This document shows positions 6,735-15,179 of a stretch of DNA of 31,908 bases, piece after piece. A model generated the notes under the pieces. It worked only from the letters and a program-made list of their open reading frames with translations. It searched no databases and had not been told where the DNA came from. Every line of letters starts with the position of its first letter. Position 1 is the stretch's first letter. The stretch covers positions 1 through 31,908 of the forward strand of contig JAOAES010000267.1 of the NCBI GenBank assembly GCA_026416655.1, in the 5' to 3' direction. The stretch comes from Fimbriimonadales bacterium. GTDB lineage: Bacteria > Armatimonadota > Fimbriimonadia > Fimbriimonadales > GBS-DC. The position numbers and the translations under genes are program-made.

Positions 6735-7940
6735 ATGCACAGGCTGCTTTCGGAACGGGCGCGGCAGGCGCAGCCGTCGCCGACTCTCGCGCTTACCGCT
6801 CGGGCGCAAGAACTGCGACAGCAGGGCGTCGATGTGTTAAGCTTTACGGCAGGCGAACCTGATTTCGACACCCCCGAATTCGCCAAAACAGGCGCGCTGG
6901 AGGCGATTCATGCTGGCTATACGAAATATACTCCGACGCCTGGCATCCTGCCCCTGCGTGAGGCGATTAGCGAGAAGTTCGAACGCGAGAACGGGTTGCG
7001 CTATGCGCCTGACCAGATTGTGGTCTCCTGCGGCGCGAAGCATTCACTGTTCGGGGTGTTCATGGCGATTTTAGACCCCGGTGACGAGGTGATTATCCCT
7101 ACGCCGTGCTGGGTCTCGTATCCCGAGCAGGTGAAGCTGATGGGGGCGACGCCCGTCTTCGTGCCTGCTGACGAATCCACCGACTTTTTGCCAGAATACG
7201 ATGCACTCCGTCGCGCGATTACGAAACGCACCAAAGCGATTGTGTTGAACACCCCTTGCAACCCGACGGGCGCCGTGTTTGGCAGGCGACACCTCAAGGA
7301 GATTGCCTCCCTCGCGCTCACCCATGACTTGTGGATTGTCGCCGACGAGATTTATGAACATCTAACCTACGACGGCTATCGGCACGAGAGCATTGGCGCA
7401 CTGAGCAAAGAGGTGCTGAACCGCACGATTACGGTGAACGGCGTTTCCAAAAGCTTCGCCATGACAGGCTGGCGGATTGGATATCTCGGCGCGCCCCCCG
7501 AGGTCGCCCGCGCTGTGAGCCGACTTCAGGACCAGATGACCTCCAACGCCTGCACGATTGCGCAGTATGCCGCCCTCGCCGCGCTGCAAAACGCCGACGA
7601 CACATGGTACGAATCCATTCGCGCCACTTTTGACCGTCGCCGACGACTGATGGTGGACGGGCTGAGCAGCATCGATGGATTGGAGTGCTGGACGCCGCGC
7701 GGGGCGTTCTACGTCTATGTGAATGTGCGAGGTCTCATCGGGCGGCGCGCCGCCGAGCGCACGCTCGAATCGTCGGCAGATGTCGCGGAGTTCCTGCTGT
7801 GTGAAGCGCGCGTCGCGACCGTGCCCGGTGAAGGCTTTTGCGCCCCCGGCTATGTTCGCCTCTCCTACGCTACCGCCGAGGCGATTATCCAGGCAGGTAT
7901 CGAGAGGATAGGCGAGGCGGTGGCGAAGCTGGAGTTCTGA
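6735..7940 (+). CDS. aspC: Class I/II PLP-dependent aminotransferase (aspartate aminotransferase type)
   Basis: Motifs SFTAGEPDF, GAKHSL, NTPCNPTG, DEIYE and SKSFAMTGWRIGY (PLP Lys). The alternative start is 6729. Confidence 0.88.
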   Translation: MHRLLSERARQAQPSPTLALTARAQELRQQGVDVLSFTAGEPDFDTPEFAKTGALEAIHAGYTKYTPTPGILPLREAISEKFERENGLRYAPDQIVVSCGAKHSLFGVFMAILDPGDEVIIPTPCWVSYPEQVKLMGATPVFVPADESTDFLPEYDALRRAITKRTKAIVLNTPCNPTGAVFGRRHLKEIASLALTHDLWIVADEIYEHLTYDGYRHESIGALSKEVLNRTITVNGVSKSFAMTGWRIGYLGAPPEVARAVSRLQDQMTSNACTIAQYAALAALQNADDTWYESIRATFDRRRRLMVDGLSSIDGLECWTPRGAFYVYVNVRGLIGRRAAERTLESSADVAEFLLCEARVATVPGEGFCAPGYVRLSYATAEAIIQAGIERIGEAVAKLEF

Positions 7941-8057
7941 AACTCTGAGAGTCCCGACCTCCCTGAGGGGCGTGAATCCTCTCGCGCATCCAACGCCTCT
8001 AACCACACGGAAGCGCAAACGAACCGCTTCCAAGAAAACTATCCAACAGGGAGGTCT

Positions 8058-9227
8058 ATGGAAATGACGACTATCACCAAAACCGCGATTAGTGTGGCAG
8101 AGCTGGACCAGATGATTGAGCGCGGCGATTCGTTCCTGCTGCTGGATGTGCGCAACCAGGACGAGTTCGACCGCTGGCGGATTGAGGGGCGCAACCCCGT
8201 CGAGACCCTGCATATCCCGTACTTCCAGTTCATAGAGAACGAGGAAGCAAACATCGCCCGCGTGCCGAAAGGCAAGCCTATCGTGGCAGTATGCGCGAAG
8301 GGCGGTTCGTCGGAGTATGTGGCGAACTTGCTGCGCGAGCGCGGCTACGAGGCGATGAACCTTGAGGGCGGCATGGTCGCGTGGGGCAACTACTATCGCA
8401 TCCGCCGCATCGAAGAGGTTAAGGATGTCGCGCTGTATCAGATTATGCGCCTTGCACGCGGCGACCTTGCCTACGCCGTCGTGAGCAACGGTAAGGGCAT
8501 CCTGATTGACCCAACACGCCACACCGAGCAGTACACCAACCTCGCCGAGCGTGAGGGCTTCGAAATCGTGGCGATCTTCGACACGCACGCCCACGCCGAC
8601 CACATCAGCGGCGGTCCGAAACTCGCCAAGGAACTCGGCGTGCCCTACTTCCTGCACCCGTACGACGGCATCCATCCCATCGACATGCTGCCCGCCACGA
8701 TCGAGTATGAGTACTTGAAAGATAACTTCACTTTCAAGTTCGGTGACGCAACGCTGAAGGGCATCCACATTCCAGGGCACACGCTGGGCAACATGGCGTT
8801 CCTCGTGAACGACCGCTACCTGTTCACGGGCGACTCCATCTTCATCGTGTCGGTGGCGCGTCCCGACTTGGGCGGGCGCGGGCAGGAGTGGGCGCCCATC
8901 CACTACGAGTCGCTCTACAAGAAGCTGCTCACGCTGCCCGACAGCACGCTGGTGTTCCCCGCGCACTTTGCGACCGCGAGCCGCGAAGGACGACCCGACG
9001 GTACCTTCTACGACACGCTGGGCAACATTAAGCGCAACAACCCGCGTGAGTATCAGGCGAAGAGCAAAGAGGAGTTCATCGAGTTCATGCTCAGCACGCT
9101 GCCTGTGTTCCCGCCGCAGTATGTGGACATCAAGCGCGTGAACGCAGGGCTGCTTGTGCCCGACGAAGAGAAGGCGCAAGAGCTGGAGCTGGGCAAGAAT
9201 GTCTGCGCTCTGGCAGACGCTTACTAA
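8058..9227 (+). CDS. Rhodanese plus MBL-fold metallo-hydrolase fusion (YrkH-like, putative persulfide dioxygenase/sulfurtransferase)
   Basis: N-terminal rhodanese (LLDVRNQDEF, VCAKGGSS), MBL motifs THAHADH, PGHT and FTGD, and C-terminal ELGKNVCA. RBS spacing favours ATG 8064 as an alternative start. Confidence 0.85.
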   Translation: MEMTTITKTAISVAELDQMIERGDSFLLLDVRNQDEFDRWRIEGRNPVETLHIPYFQFIENEEANIARVPKGKPIVAVCAKGGSSEYVANLLRERGYEAMNLEGGMVAWGNYYRIRRIEEVKDVALYQIMRLARGDLAYAVVSNGKGILIDPTRHTEQYTNLAEREGFEIVAIFDTHAHADHISGGPKLAKELGVPYFLHPYDGIHPIDMLPATIEYEYLKDNFTFKFGDATLKGIHIPGHTLGNMAFLVNDRYLFTGDSIFIVSVARPDLGGRGQEWAPIHYESLYKKLLTLPDSTLVFPAHFATASREGRPDGTFYDTLGNIKRNNPREYQAKSKEEFIEFMLSTLPVFPPQYVDIKRVNAGLLVPDEEKAQELELGKNVCALADAY

Positions 9228-9237
9228 GACCCGTTCG

Positions 9238-9263
9238 GTACGACGGCGTCCCCGCCGTCGTAC
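9238..9263. repeat. REP-like palindrome GTACGACGGCG-TCCC-CGCCGTCGTAC
   Basis: Perfect 11-bp stem. Core GGCG-TCCC-CGCC matches the units at 26299 and 26360. Confidence 0.7.
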
Positions 9264-9272
9264 CCTTTTCGC

Positions 9273-9295
9273 GTGGCACGGGCATTTCACCCGTG
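9273..9295 (+). repeat. GTGG-tagged REP-like hairpin
   Basis: GTGG-CACGGG-catttca-CCCGTG, related to the hairpin at 21872. Confidence 0.55.
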
Positions 9296-9297
9296 TG

Positions 9298-9329
9298 GTT
9301 GCTTGAGCGAGACGCTCAAGCAACTTTTT
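9298..9329 (+). terminator. Intrinsic terminator-like hairpin between the rhodanese-MBL gene and the YeiH gene
   Basis: GTTGCTTGAGCG-AGA-CGCTCAAGCAAC-TTTTT (perfect 12-bp stem plus T-tract). Confidence 0.7.
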
Positions 9330-9361
9330 ATGCCCTCTCAAACGACAGGAGGTAACCAGAT

Positions 9362-10561
9362 ATGGCAACCCATTCGGTAGAGAAACAAGTAGAAAAACGA
9401 AATATTATTTTGGATGCCCTGCTGGGCGTGCCCGACTGGCAGGGCGTGGTGCGCATATTGCCTGGCTTTCTGCTGGCGGTCGCGATTATGCTGGTCGCGA
9501 TACCGCTCACGAATGTGCTGGGCGCGTGGCTGCTCAGCCTGCAGGGGATTGACCCGACCGGCAAGAAAAGCCCCATTTCCGCCGTGCTGACGGCGATTGT
9601 GATTGGGATTCTGCTGCGCAACCTGCTGCCCCTGCCCAAAGCAATCGAGGACGGCATCAAGTTCAGCACTACCAAAATCCTGCGCTTGGGCATTATTCTG
9701 GTGGGCATCAAGCTGAGCCTGATGGATGTGTTCAAGTTGGGCGTGTGGGGCATCCCTGTGGTGGCGACGGCGATTTTCGGCGGGCTGTGGTTCGTGGCGT
9801 GGTTCAACAAGAAGCTGAACCTGCCTGAGCGACTGGGCACGCTGATTGCCGCAGGTACAGGCATCTGCGGCGTGACGGCGATTGTGTCGGTTGCGCCCGC
9901 GATTAAAGCCGACCAGAAAGAGGTCGCCTACGCCGTCGCGAATATCACGCTGTTCGGGCTGCTGGGGATGTTCCTGTATCCGTACATCGCACCGCACATC
10001 CTGCACACCTCCGAGCAGATTGGGCTGTTCTTGGGCACGGCGGTGCATGAGACCTCGCAGGTGGTGGGCGCGGCGCTCACCTACAAAGAGGTGTTCAACG
10101 ACGAGACTGTGCTGAAAGCCGCTACCGTGACCAAACTTACGCGCAACCTGTTCTTGGCGGTGGTGGTGCCGCTGCTGTCGTATCTGTATCTGCGTCGGTT
10201 GGCGGCGCAGGGCGAGGGCGACGGCGGCAAGATTAGCATCGCCAAGCTGCTGCCCGCGTTCATCTTGGGCTTTATTGCGATGGCGATTTTCCGCTCCATC
10301 GGCGATGCACAGCTGGCAAACGGCTTGGCGTTCGGAATCTGGGACAAGGATGGCTGGAAGGCGTTCACCGACGCTGTGGGCGGGACTTGGGGTTCGCGTG
10401 CGCTGGGCACGGCGATGGCGGCGGTCGGCTTGGCGACCTCGTTCAGCGTGTTCAAGGGCGTCGGGCTAAAGCCGTTCCTCGTGGGCTTGGTGGGCGCGCT
10501 GTTGGTGGGCGTCATCGGCTGGGGCATGGCGCTGCTGCTCGGTGGGTTCGTGAAACTGTAA
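9362..10561 (+). CDS. YeiH/UPF0324 family putative sulfate exporter
   Basis: Polytopic membrane protein with GTGICGVTAI, GTAVHETSQV and VTKLTRN. AGGAGG RBS at 9347-9352. Confidence 0.85.
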   Translation: MATHSVEKQVEKRNIILDALLGVPDWQGVVRILPGFLLAVAIMLVAIPLTNVLGAWLLSLQGIDPTGKKSPISAVLTAIVIGILLRNLLPLPKAIEDGIKFSTTKILRLGIILVGIKLSLMDVFKLGVWGIPVVATAIFGGLWFVAWFNKKLNLPERLGTLIAAGTGICGVTAIVSVAPAIKADQKEVAYAVANITLFGLLGMFLYPYIAPHILHTSEQIGLFLGTAVHETSQVVGAALTYKEVFNDETVLKAATVTKLTRNLFLAVVVPLLSYLYLRRLAAQGEGDGGKISIAKLLPAFILGFIAMAIFRSIGDAQLANGLAFGIWDKDGWKAFTDAVGGTWGSRALGTAMAAVGLATSFSVFKGVGLKPFLVGLVGALLVGVIGWGMALLLGGFVKL

Positions 10562-10604
10562 TCAGGCGTGTTTCCGCGTGGGGAAAAGGGGCACGGGGGG
10601 AGGG

Positions 10605-12173
10605 CTACCTTCCCCACCCACCCCCGCCAGGAGTGCGGATGGTTAGCACTGCGCCTGCAGGCACGCGAATCACGCCCTTGCCCAGCTCGGCGTCCACCTC
10701 GCCGTCGATATGTAGTAGGTTCTGTCCGCGCTTGCCCGGCTTGCCCCCCTGCAAACCGTAGGGCGCACGGCGACGCCGCTCGGTTAGCAAAGTCACTGTC
10801 GTTTCCGTGAGGAACTGGTAACTGCGCACGATGCCGTCGCCGCCGCGCCGCTGTCCTGCCCCGCCCGTGCGCTCAGCAATCCGATACTCCAGCACGCGCA
10901 CGGGGTACGCGCTCTCGATGGCTTCGATGGGCGTGTTGCGCGTGTTGGTCATGTGGGTATGGATGGCGGACGCGCCGTCGGCGTCGGGGTGCGCCCCTGC
11001 CCCGCCTGCAAGCGTTTCGTAATAGACGAACGGTCTATTCCGTGTAGGGTCGTAGCCGCCGAACAGGATATTGTTCATCGTGCCCTGCGAGGCGGCAGGG
11101 ATAGCGTCGGGCAACGCCTGCGCCAGCGCGCCCAGCAGGGCGTCCACGAGGCGTTGCGAGGTCTCCACATTTCCCCCAGCGACGGCGGCGGGGAGCTGCG
11201 CGTTTACAATCGTGCCCGGAGGAGCAACCACCTCAATCGGTCGCCAGCAGCCATCGTTAGTGGGCGTGTCGTCGGGCAAGAGACATCGAACCACATAGTA
11301 GCAAGCGGCTCTGGTCACCGCTTCCGGCGCATTCAGCCCGCCTTCGGTCTGCGGTGCGCTGCCCGTGAAATCGAAGCGCACGGTTCCCGGCTCTACAGAA
11401 GGCGCAACGACGCGCACGCGAATCGGTAAATCGCGGTTGCCGCGCCCATCGTCGTCGAGATAATCGGTGAACTCGTACTCGCCGGGTGGAATCTGCTGTA
11501 GCGCGGCGCGAGTGAGCTGCTCGCTGTAGTCCATTAGCATTTCGATCCGCGCTCCCCAGGCTTCCCTGCCCTCGCTTTGTAGCAGTTCCTGCAGGCGGCG
11601 CACGCCGACACGATTCGCGCCGATTTGCGCCATCAGGTCGCCCCACCGTTCATCAGGCGTGCGCACGTTGTGGAGAATAAACTCCACCAGCGCCTCATTC
11701 AACACGCCACTGTCCATCAGTTTCACAGGCGGGATGCGCAGCCCCTCTTCATAGATTTCGCTGGCGAGGGGCATCGAGCCGGGCGTGGATCCGCCCGTGT
11801 CGGCATGGTGGGCGCGGCTCGCCACAAATCCCGCGAGGTCGCCCTCAACAAACACAGGCGCGACGAGCGTCCAGTCGGGTAAGTGCGTGCCCGCGTGATA
11901 GGGGTCGTTTGTGAGAACCATGTCGCCCTCGCGCCACTCGAAACGCGGCAGCAGGTACGCCATCAGGGACGGCATCGCGCCCAGATGGACAGGGATATGC
12001 GCCGCCTGGGCAATCAGCCTGCCCTGCGCATCAAACAGCGCACAGGAGTAGTCCCGCCGCTCCTTGATGTTAGGCGAGCAGGCGGCGTACTCCAGCGTCG
12101 CGCCCATCTCCTCAGGAATCGCGCTCAGCCGCTCATGGTATAGCCAGATATGGGAAGCGTCGTAGGTATGCAT
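10605..12173 (-). CDS. Hydantoinase B/oxoprolinase family protein
   Basis: Motifs SPNIKERRDYSCA, HIPVHLG, NDPYHAGTHLPD, HHADTGG, GNVETSQR, HTHMTNT and TPGGGGWG. Confidence 0.9.
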   Translation of the reverse strand: MHTYDASHIWLYHERLSAIPEEMGATLEYAACSPNIKERRDYSCALFDAQGRLIAQAAHIPVHLGAMPSLMAYLLPRFEWREGDMVLTNDPYHAGTHLPDWTLVAPVFVEGDLAGFVASRAHHADTGGSTPGSMPLASEIYEEGLRIPPVKLMDSGVLNEALVEFILHNVRTPDERWGDLMAQIGANRVGVRRLQELLQSEGREAWGARIEMLMDYSEQLTRAALQQIPPGEYEFTDYLDDDGRGNRDLPIRVRVVAPSVEPGTVRFDFTGSAPQTEGGLNAPEAVTRAACYYVVRCLLPDDTPTNDGCWRPIEVVAPPGTIVNAQLPAAVAGGNVETSQRLVDALLGALAQALPDAIPAASQGTMNNILFGGYDPTRNRPFVYYETLAGGAGAHPDADGASAIHTHMTNTRNTPIEAIESAYPVRVLEYRIAERTGGAGQRRGGDGIVRSYQFLTETTVTLLTERRRRAPYGLQGGKPGKRGQNLLHIDGEVDAELGKGVIRVPAGAVLTIRTPGGGGWGR

Positions 12174-12192
12174 GGCAAAAAGTAACTTGACG

Positions 12193-12271
12193 GAGATTCC
12201 TCGCTGCGCTCAGAATGACAGGCAACACTTAGTGCGCGGGCAGTGTCATTCCGAGCGAAGCGAGGAATCTC
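12193..12271. repeat. Inverted pair of 28-bp TGTCATTC(C/T)GAGCG(A/C)AGCGAGGAATCTC repeats
   Basis: 12193-12220 and 12244-12271 are reverse complements with 2 mismatches, separated by a 23-nt spacer. Confidence 0.8.
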
Positions 12272-12833
12272 GCTCTGTTGTGAACGCCGCGCCTATCTCT
12301 AATTTCAATCCTGGAAACCGTTTCGGCTCGAATGGTCGAGTGGGCGGCGTTGTGGAAACCAATAGGTAACCATCGGGAGTCCACTGGTACTCCTCCACTA
12401 CCAGCGTTTCGGAGTCGATCAGCCACACCCACGGCACACCTGCACGGCGGTAGGCGTCCAGTTTGTCCACACGATCATAGCTCGCGTTGCTCGGCGAAAG
12501 CACCTCCGCGATGAGGTCGGGCGTCCCCTGAATGTAGCCGCGTGAATAGAGATGAAGATTCTTGGAGGCAAGATATACGATATCGGGACCCACAAGGTCG
12601 CCTGTTGGCAGGTCTACATTGATGTCTGACCACACATCGCCCAGATTCTTCTGGCGCACATAATCCCACAGGTTGTACGCTATCCAGACGACCAGTTTCT
12701 GATGCTCTCCCGTTGGTCGGTTCACCTCGATTGCCTCCCCTTGAATGTAGTCGTAGTAAGGCGGTCCTTCAGGCAGTTGCAGGAACTGCTCTCGGCTCAT
12801 GCGGATACGTTTCTGGGTCAGCGTTGCGGTCAT
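12246..12833 (-). CDS. Uma2 family (DUF820) PD-(D/E)XK endonuclease-like protein
   Basis: Motifs YDYIQGEAI, PTGEHQ, GPDIVY, AEVLSPS and KLDAYRRAGVPWVWLID. Confidence 0.88.
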   Translation of the reverse strand: MTATLTQKRIRMSREQFLQLPEGPPYYDYIQGEAIEVNRPTGEHQKLVVWIAYNLWDYVRQKNLGDVWSDINVDLPTGDLVGPDIVYLASKNLHLYSRGYIQGTPDLIAEVLSPSNASYDRVDKLDAYRRAGVPWVWLIDSETLVVEEYQWTPDGYLLVSTTPPTRPFEPKRFPGLKLEIGAAFTTERDSSLRSE

Positions 12834-12850
12834 GCTCTCACCTGCGCGAA

Positions 12851-12858
12851 AGTATACC
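12851..12858 (-). promoter_or_regulatory. -10 element GG-TATACT for Uma2, followed by a short leader with an AGGTGAG RBS
   Basis: Located between the DASS stop and the Uma2 start. Confidence 0.55.
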
Positions 12859-12860
12859 TG

Positions 12861-14309
12861 CTAAGGGATACCCAGCCCCCACCGCGCCGTGGTGAGCGTA
12901 ATAGCCGTGACCACCCCGATACAGAACAGGTTCAGCGCGAGTCCCGCCTTCGCCATATCACTGATTTTGATTTCGCCAGAGGCGAACACGATGGCGTTGG
13001 GAGGCGTGGCGACAGGCAGCATGAACGCTGCAGATGCGCCGACGGCGACGGGGATCGCCAGCAAGCGCGGGTCAAGCCCCATCCCGACCGCTGCCGCAGC
13101 CACGACGGGCAGGAAGGTTGCCGTCGTCGCCGTGTTGGAGGTGAGCTCCGTGAGGAAAATAATCAGCGTAGCGACTCCCATCACAATTAACCACAGAGGG
13201 AGCGCACCCATCCCACCTACTGCCGAGCCAATCGCTTTCGCCAGCCCCGTGCTTTCGAAGGCGTTCGCCAGCGCCAGACCGCCGCCGAACAGGATTAACA
13301 CGCCCCACGGAATGCTCTCAGCGGTGCGCCAGTCCAGAATCGGCTTGTAGGGCTTGACGCAGGCGGGCAGGATGAACAGCGCCAACGCCGCGCTCATCGC
13401 GATAAACGAGTCGGATACCGACACGCCTAATGCACTGCCAATCCACTCGCGCCCCAACCAGCCCACGACGGCATACAGGAACACCCCCGCCACACACTTT
13501 TCCGCAAGACTCCACCGCCCTGCCCCTCCGAGTTGCCCATGTAGAGCAACTTGAGGCGCACTAAAGTTAAGGTTTTTGCACGAAAATTGTACTCGCGTCA
13601 GCCAGAACCATGTGAACGGCAACATCAGCCCCACAAAAGGCAATCCCACGCTCAGCCAGTTCAGCATATTCAATGAAAAGTTGTAGTTCTCGCTCAGGAA
13701 GCCCGCCAACAGCGCGTTCGGCGCAGTGCCAATCAGCGTACCGACGCCTCCTATGGACGCTGAATACGCCACACCCAGCATCAGCGCAAGGGTGAAGTTG
13801 TGGGTTTCTTTGCTGCCACACGCACTGCGCGCCCACTCCACTACCGAAAGCGCGACAGCGAACATCATCATCGCCGTTGAGGTGTTGTTGATCCACATCG
13901 AGGTGAACGCCGTCGCTGCCATAAAGCCTGCCACCATTCCACCGGGCGTACGCCCTAACCAGCGCACGATGCGCAACGCCATCCGCTCGTGCAGACGTGC
14001 CGCTTGCATCCCCTGCGCGATAATAAATCCCCCAAGGAACAGAAAGATAATCGGGTCGGCGTAGCGTGCTGCGACCTGTTTCTCGTCCCCAATCCCATTC
14101 AGCGGCATCCAAACCAGCGGCAGTAATGCCGTCGCGGGGATGGGCACGCATTCGGAGAACCACCATGTCGCCATCCAGAGGGTTAGCCCCACTAAACGCC
14201 ACGCTTCGGGCGTAAGCGTTTCGGGTGGAGAAACAAGGAGCGGAGCAACACCAAATACCGGCCCTAAAGCAAGAGCAATCCATCGCGCCAGCGCGGCAGA
14301 GCGTTTCAT
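12861..14309 (-). CDS. DASS/SLC13 family sodium:dicarboxylate or sulfate symporter
   Basis: Motifs SMWINNTSTA, GTLIGTAPN, SNTATT and FMLPVATPPNAI. Start moved to ATG 14309 to avoid overlap with cdsA. Confidence 0.88.
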   Translation of the reverse strand: MKRSAALARWIALALGPVFGVAPLLVSPPETLTPEAWRLVGLTLWMATWWFSECVPIPATALLPLVWMPLNGIGDEKQVAARYADPIIFLFLGGFIIAQGMQAARLHERMALRIVRWLGRTPGGMVAGFMAATAFTSMWINNTSTAMMMFAVALSVVEWARSACGSKETHNFTLALMLGVAYSASIGGVGTLIGTAPNALLAGFLSENYNFSLNMLNWLSVGLPFVGLMLPFTWFWLTRVQFSCKNLNFSAPQVALHGQLGGAGRWSLAEKCVAGVFLYAVVGWLGREWIGSALGVSVSDSFIAMSAALALFILPACVKPYKPILDWRTAESIPWGVLILFGGGLALANAFESTGLAKAIGSAVGGMGALPLWLIVMGVATLIIFLTELTSNTATTATFLPVVAAAAVGMGLDPRLLAIPVAVGASAAFMLPVATPPNAIVFASGEIKISDMAKAGLALNLFCIGVVTAITLTTARWGLGIP

Positions 14310-14329
14310 CAGCCAAGAAGATTCGACGC

Positions 14330-15178
14330 TCAACTCCCCCGCCCTGCCACCTGTACGACCCACCATATCCAGGGCGCGCTAAATAAAAAGCTATCGAACC
14401 GATCCAGCACGCCGCCGTGACCGGGCAGAATCCCGCCAAAGTCCTTGACGCCTATCGAACGCTTCAAAGCCGACTCGAACAGGTCGCCAAGTTGCCCAAG
14501 AACCCCCACCCCGACGCCCGCGGCTATCGCCCACCCTGCTGATAACCCCAACCCTACCCCACCCTGCCAGCCCACAAGAGTACAAAATACAAGATTGGCG
14601 ACAGAACCTTCTAAAGTCTTAGCTGGGCTAAGCATAGTAGCAATTTTACGCTTACCTATCGACTTTCCTACGAAATAGGCTCCTGAATCGCCCAACCAGA
14701 GCATCGCAAAGAGCCACAGCGTCCACAAAGCCCCCTGCTCTACTTGCCACCTCCCCAGCGCCACCGCTGTCTGATCAAGGCGTATCAGCGTCCCGAAACT
14801 GAAGAGCCATCCAATATAGAGCATACCAAATATGCCATACCCTATATTGGGGGCTACTGAGAGGCTTCCCTTGCGCCATGCGCGAAGCAGCTCATAGAGC
14901 AACGCCAACGCAAACGGCACAAGGAGATATTGGGCAAGCGCGAGTTGTGGATACGCCCAAAAAACGAACGGCATTCCTGCCCCTGTCAGCAAAAGCATTA
15001 GGCTCGGCTGCGGCTTAGGAAACCAGTCTGCCTGGCTGTAAGCATGCTGGTACTCCAGTGAGGCAATCAGCGCAAGCAGGCTCAATGCAAACGCAAACAG
15101 CCCTCCACCCGGCGCGAAAATCGCCGCAAGCATCAGAGGGATGCCGATAATCGCCGTCAGAACGCGCGTACGTAGCAT
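14330..15178 (-). CDS. cdsA: Phosphatidate cytidylyltransferase
   Basis: Motifs SPAKTLEG and GDLFESALKRSIGVKDFGGILPGHGGVLDRFDS. ATG 15178 is 1 nt after the nfeD stop. Confidence 0.92.
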   Translation of the reverse strand: MLRTRVLTAIIGIPLMLAAIFAPGGGLFAFALSLLALIASLEYQHAYSQADWFPKPQPSLMLLLTGAGMPFVFWAYPQLALAQYLLVPFALALLYELLRAWRKGSLSVAPNIGYGIFGMLYIGWLFSFGTLIRLDQTAVALGRWQVEQGALWTLWLFAMLWLGDSGAYFVGKSIGKRKIATMLSPAKTLEGSVANLVFCTLVGWQGGVGLGLSAGWAIAAGVGVGVLGQLGDLFESALKRSIGVKDFGGILPGHGGVLDRFDSFLFSAPWIWWVVQVAGRGS

Positions 15179-15179
15179 C

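Noticed and set aside
7941-8057. Possible riboswitch upstream of the rhodanese-MBL gene (CTGAGA, CCCGACC, GTGAATCC fragments; stems GAGAG/CTCTC and GGAAGCG/CGCTTCC)
   Set aside because: The fragments echo TPP, FMN and c-di-AMP motifs, but order and core elements match none that I know. The stems are short. A cmsearch against Rfam would settle it.
7362-9368. 668-aa minus-strand ORF and many other overlapping ORFs in the track (e.g. 1206-1889, 13567-14439, 23337-24287, 29453-30148)
   Set aside because: They are antisense or alternate-frame shadows of well-supported genes in GC-rich DNA, with no motifs, RBS or promoter.
12246-12833. Restriction or defence system centred on Uma2
   Set aside because: There is no methyltransferase or other partner, and Uma2 paralogs are typically scattered singletons.
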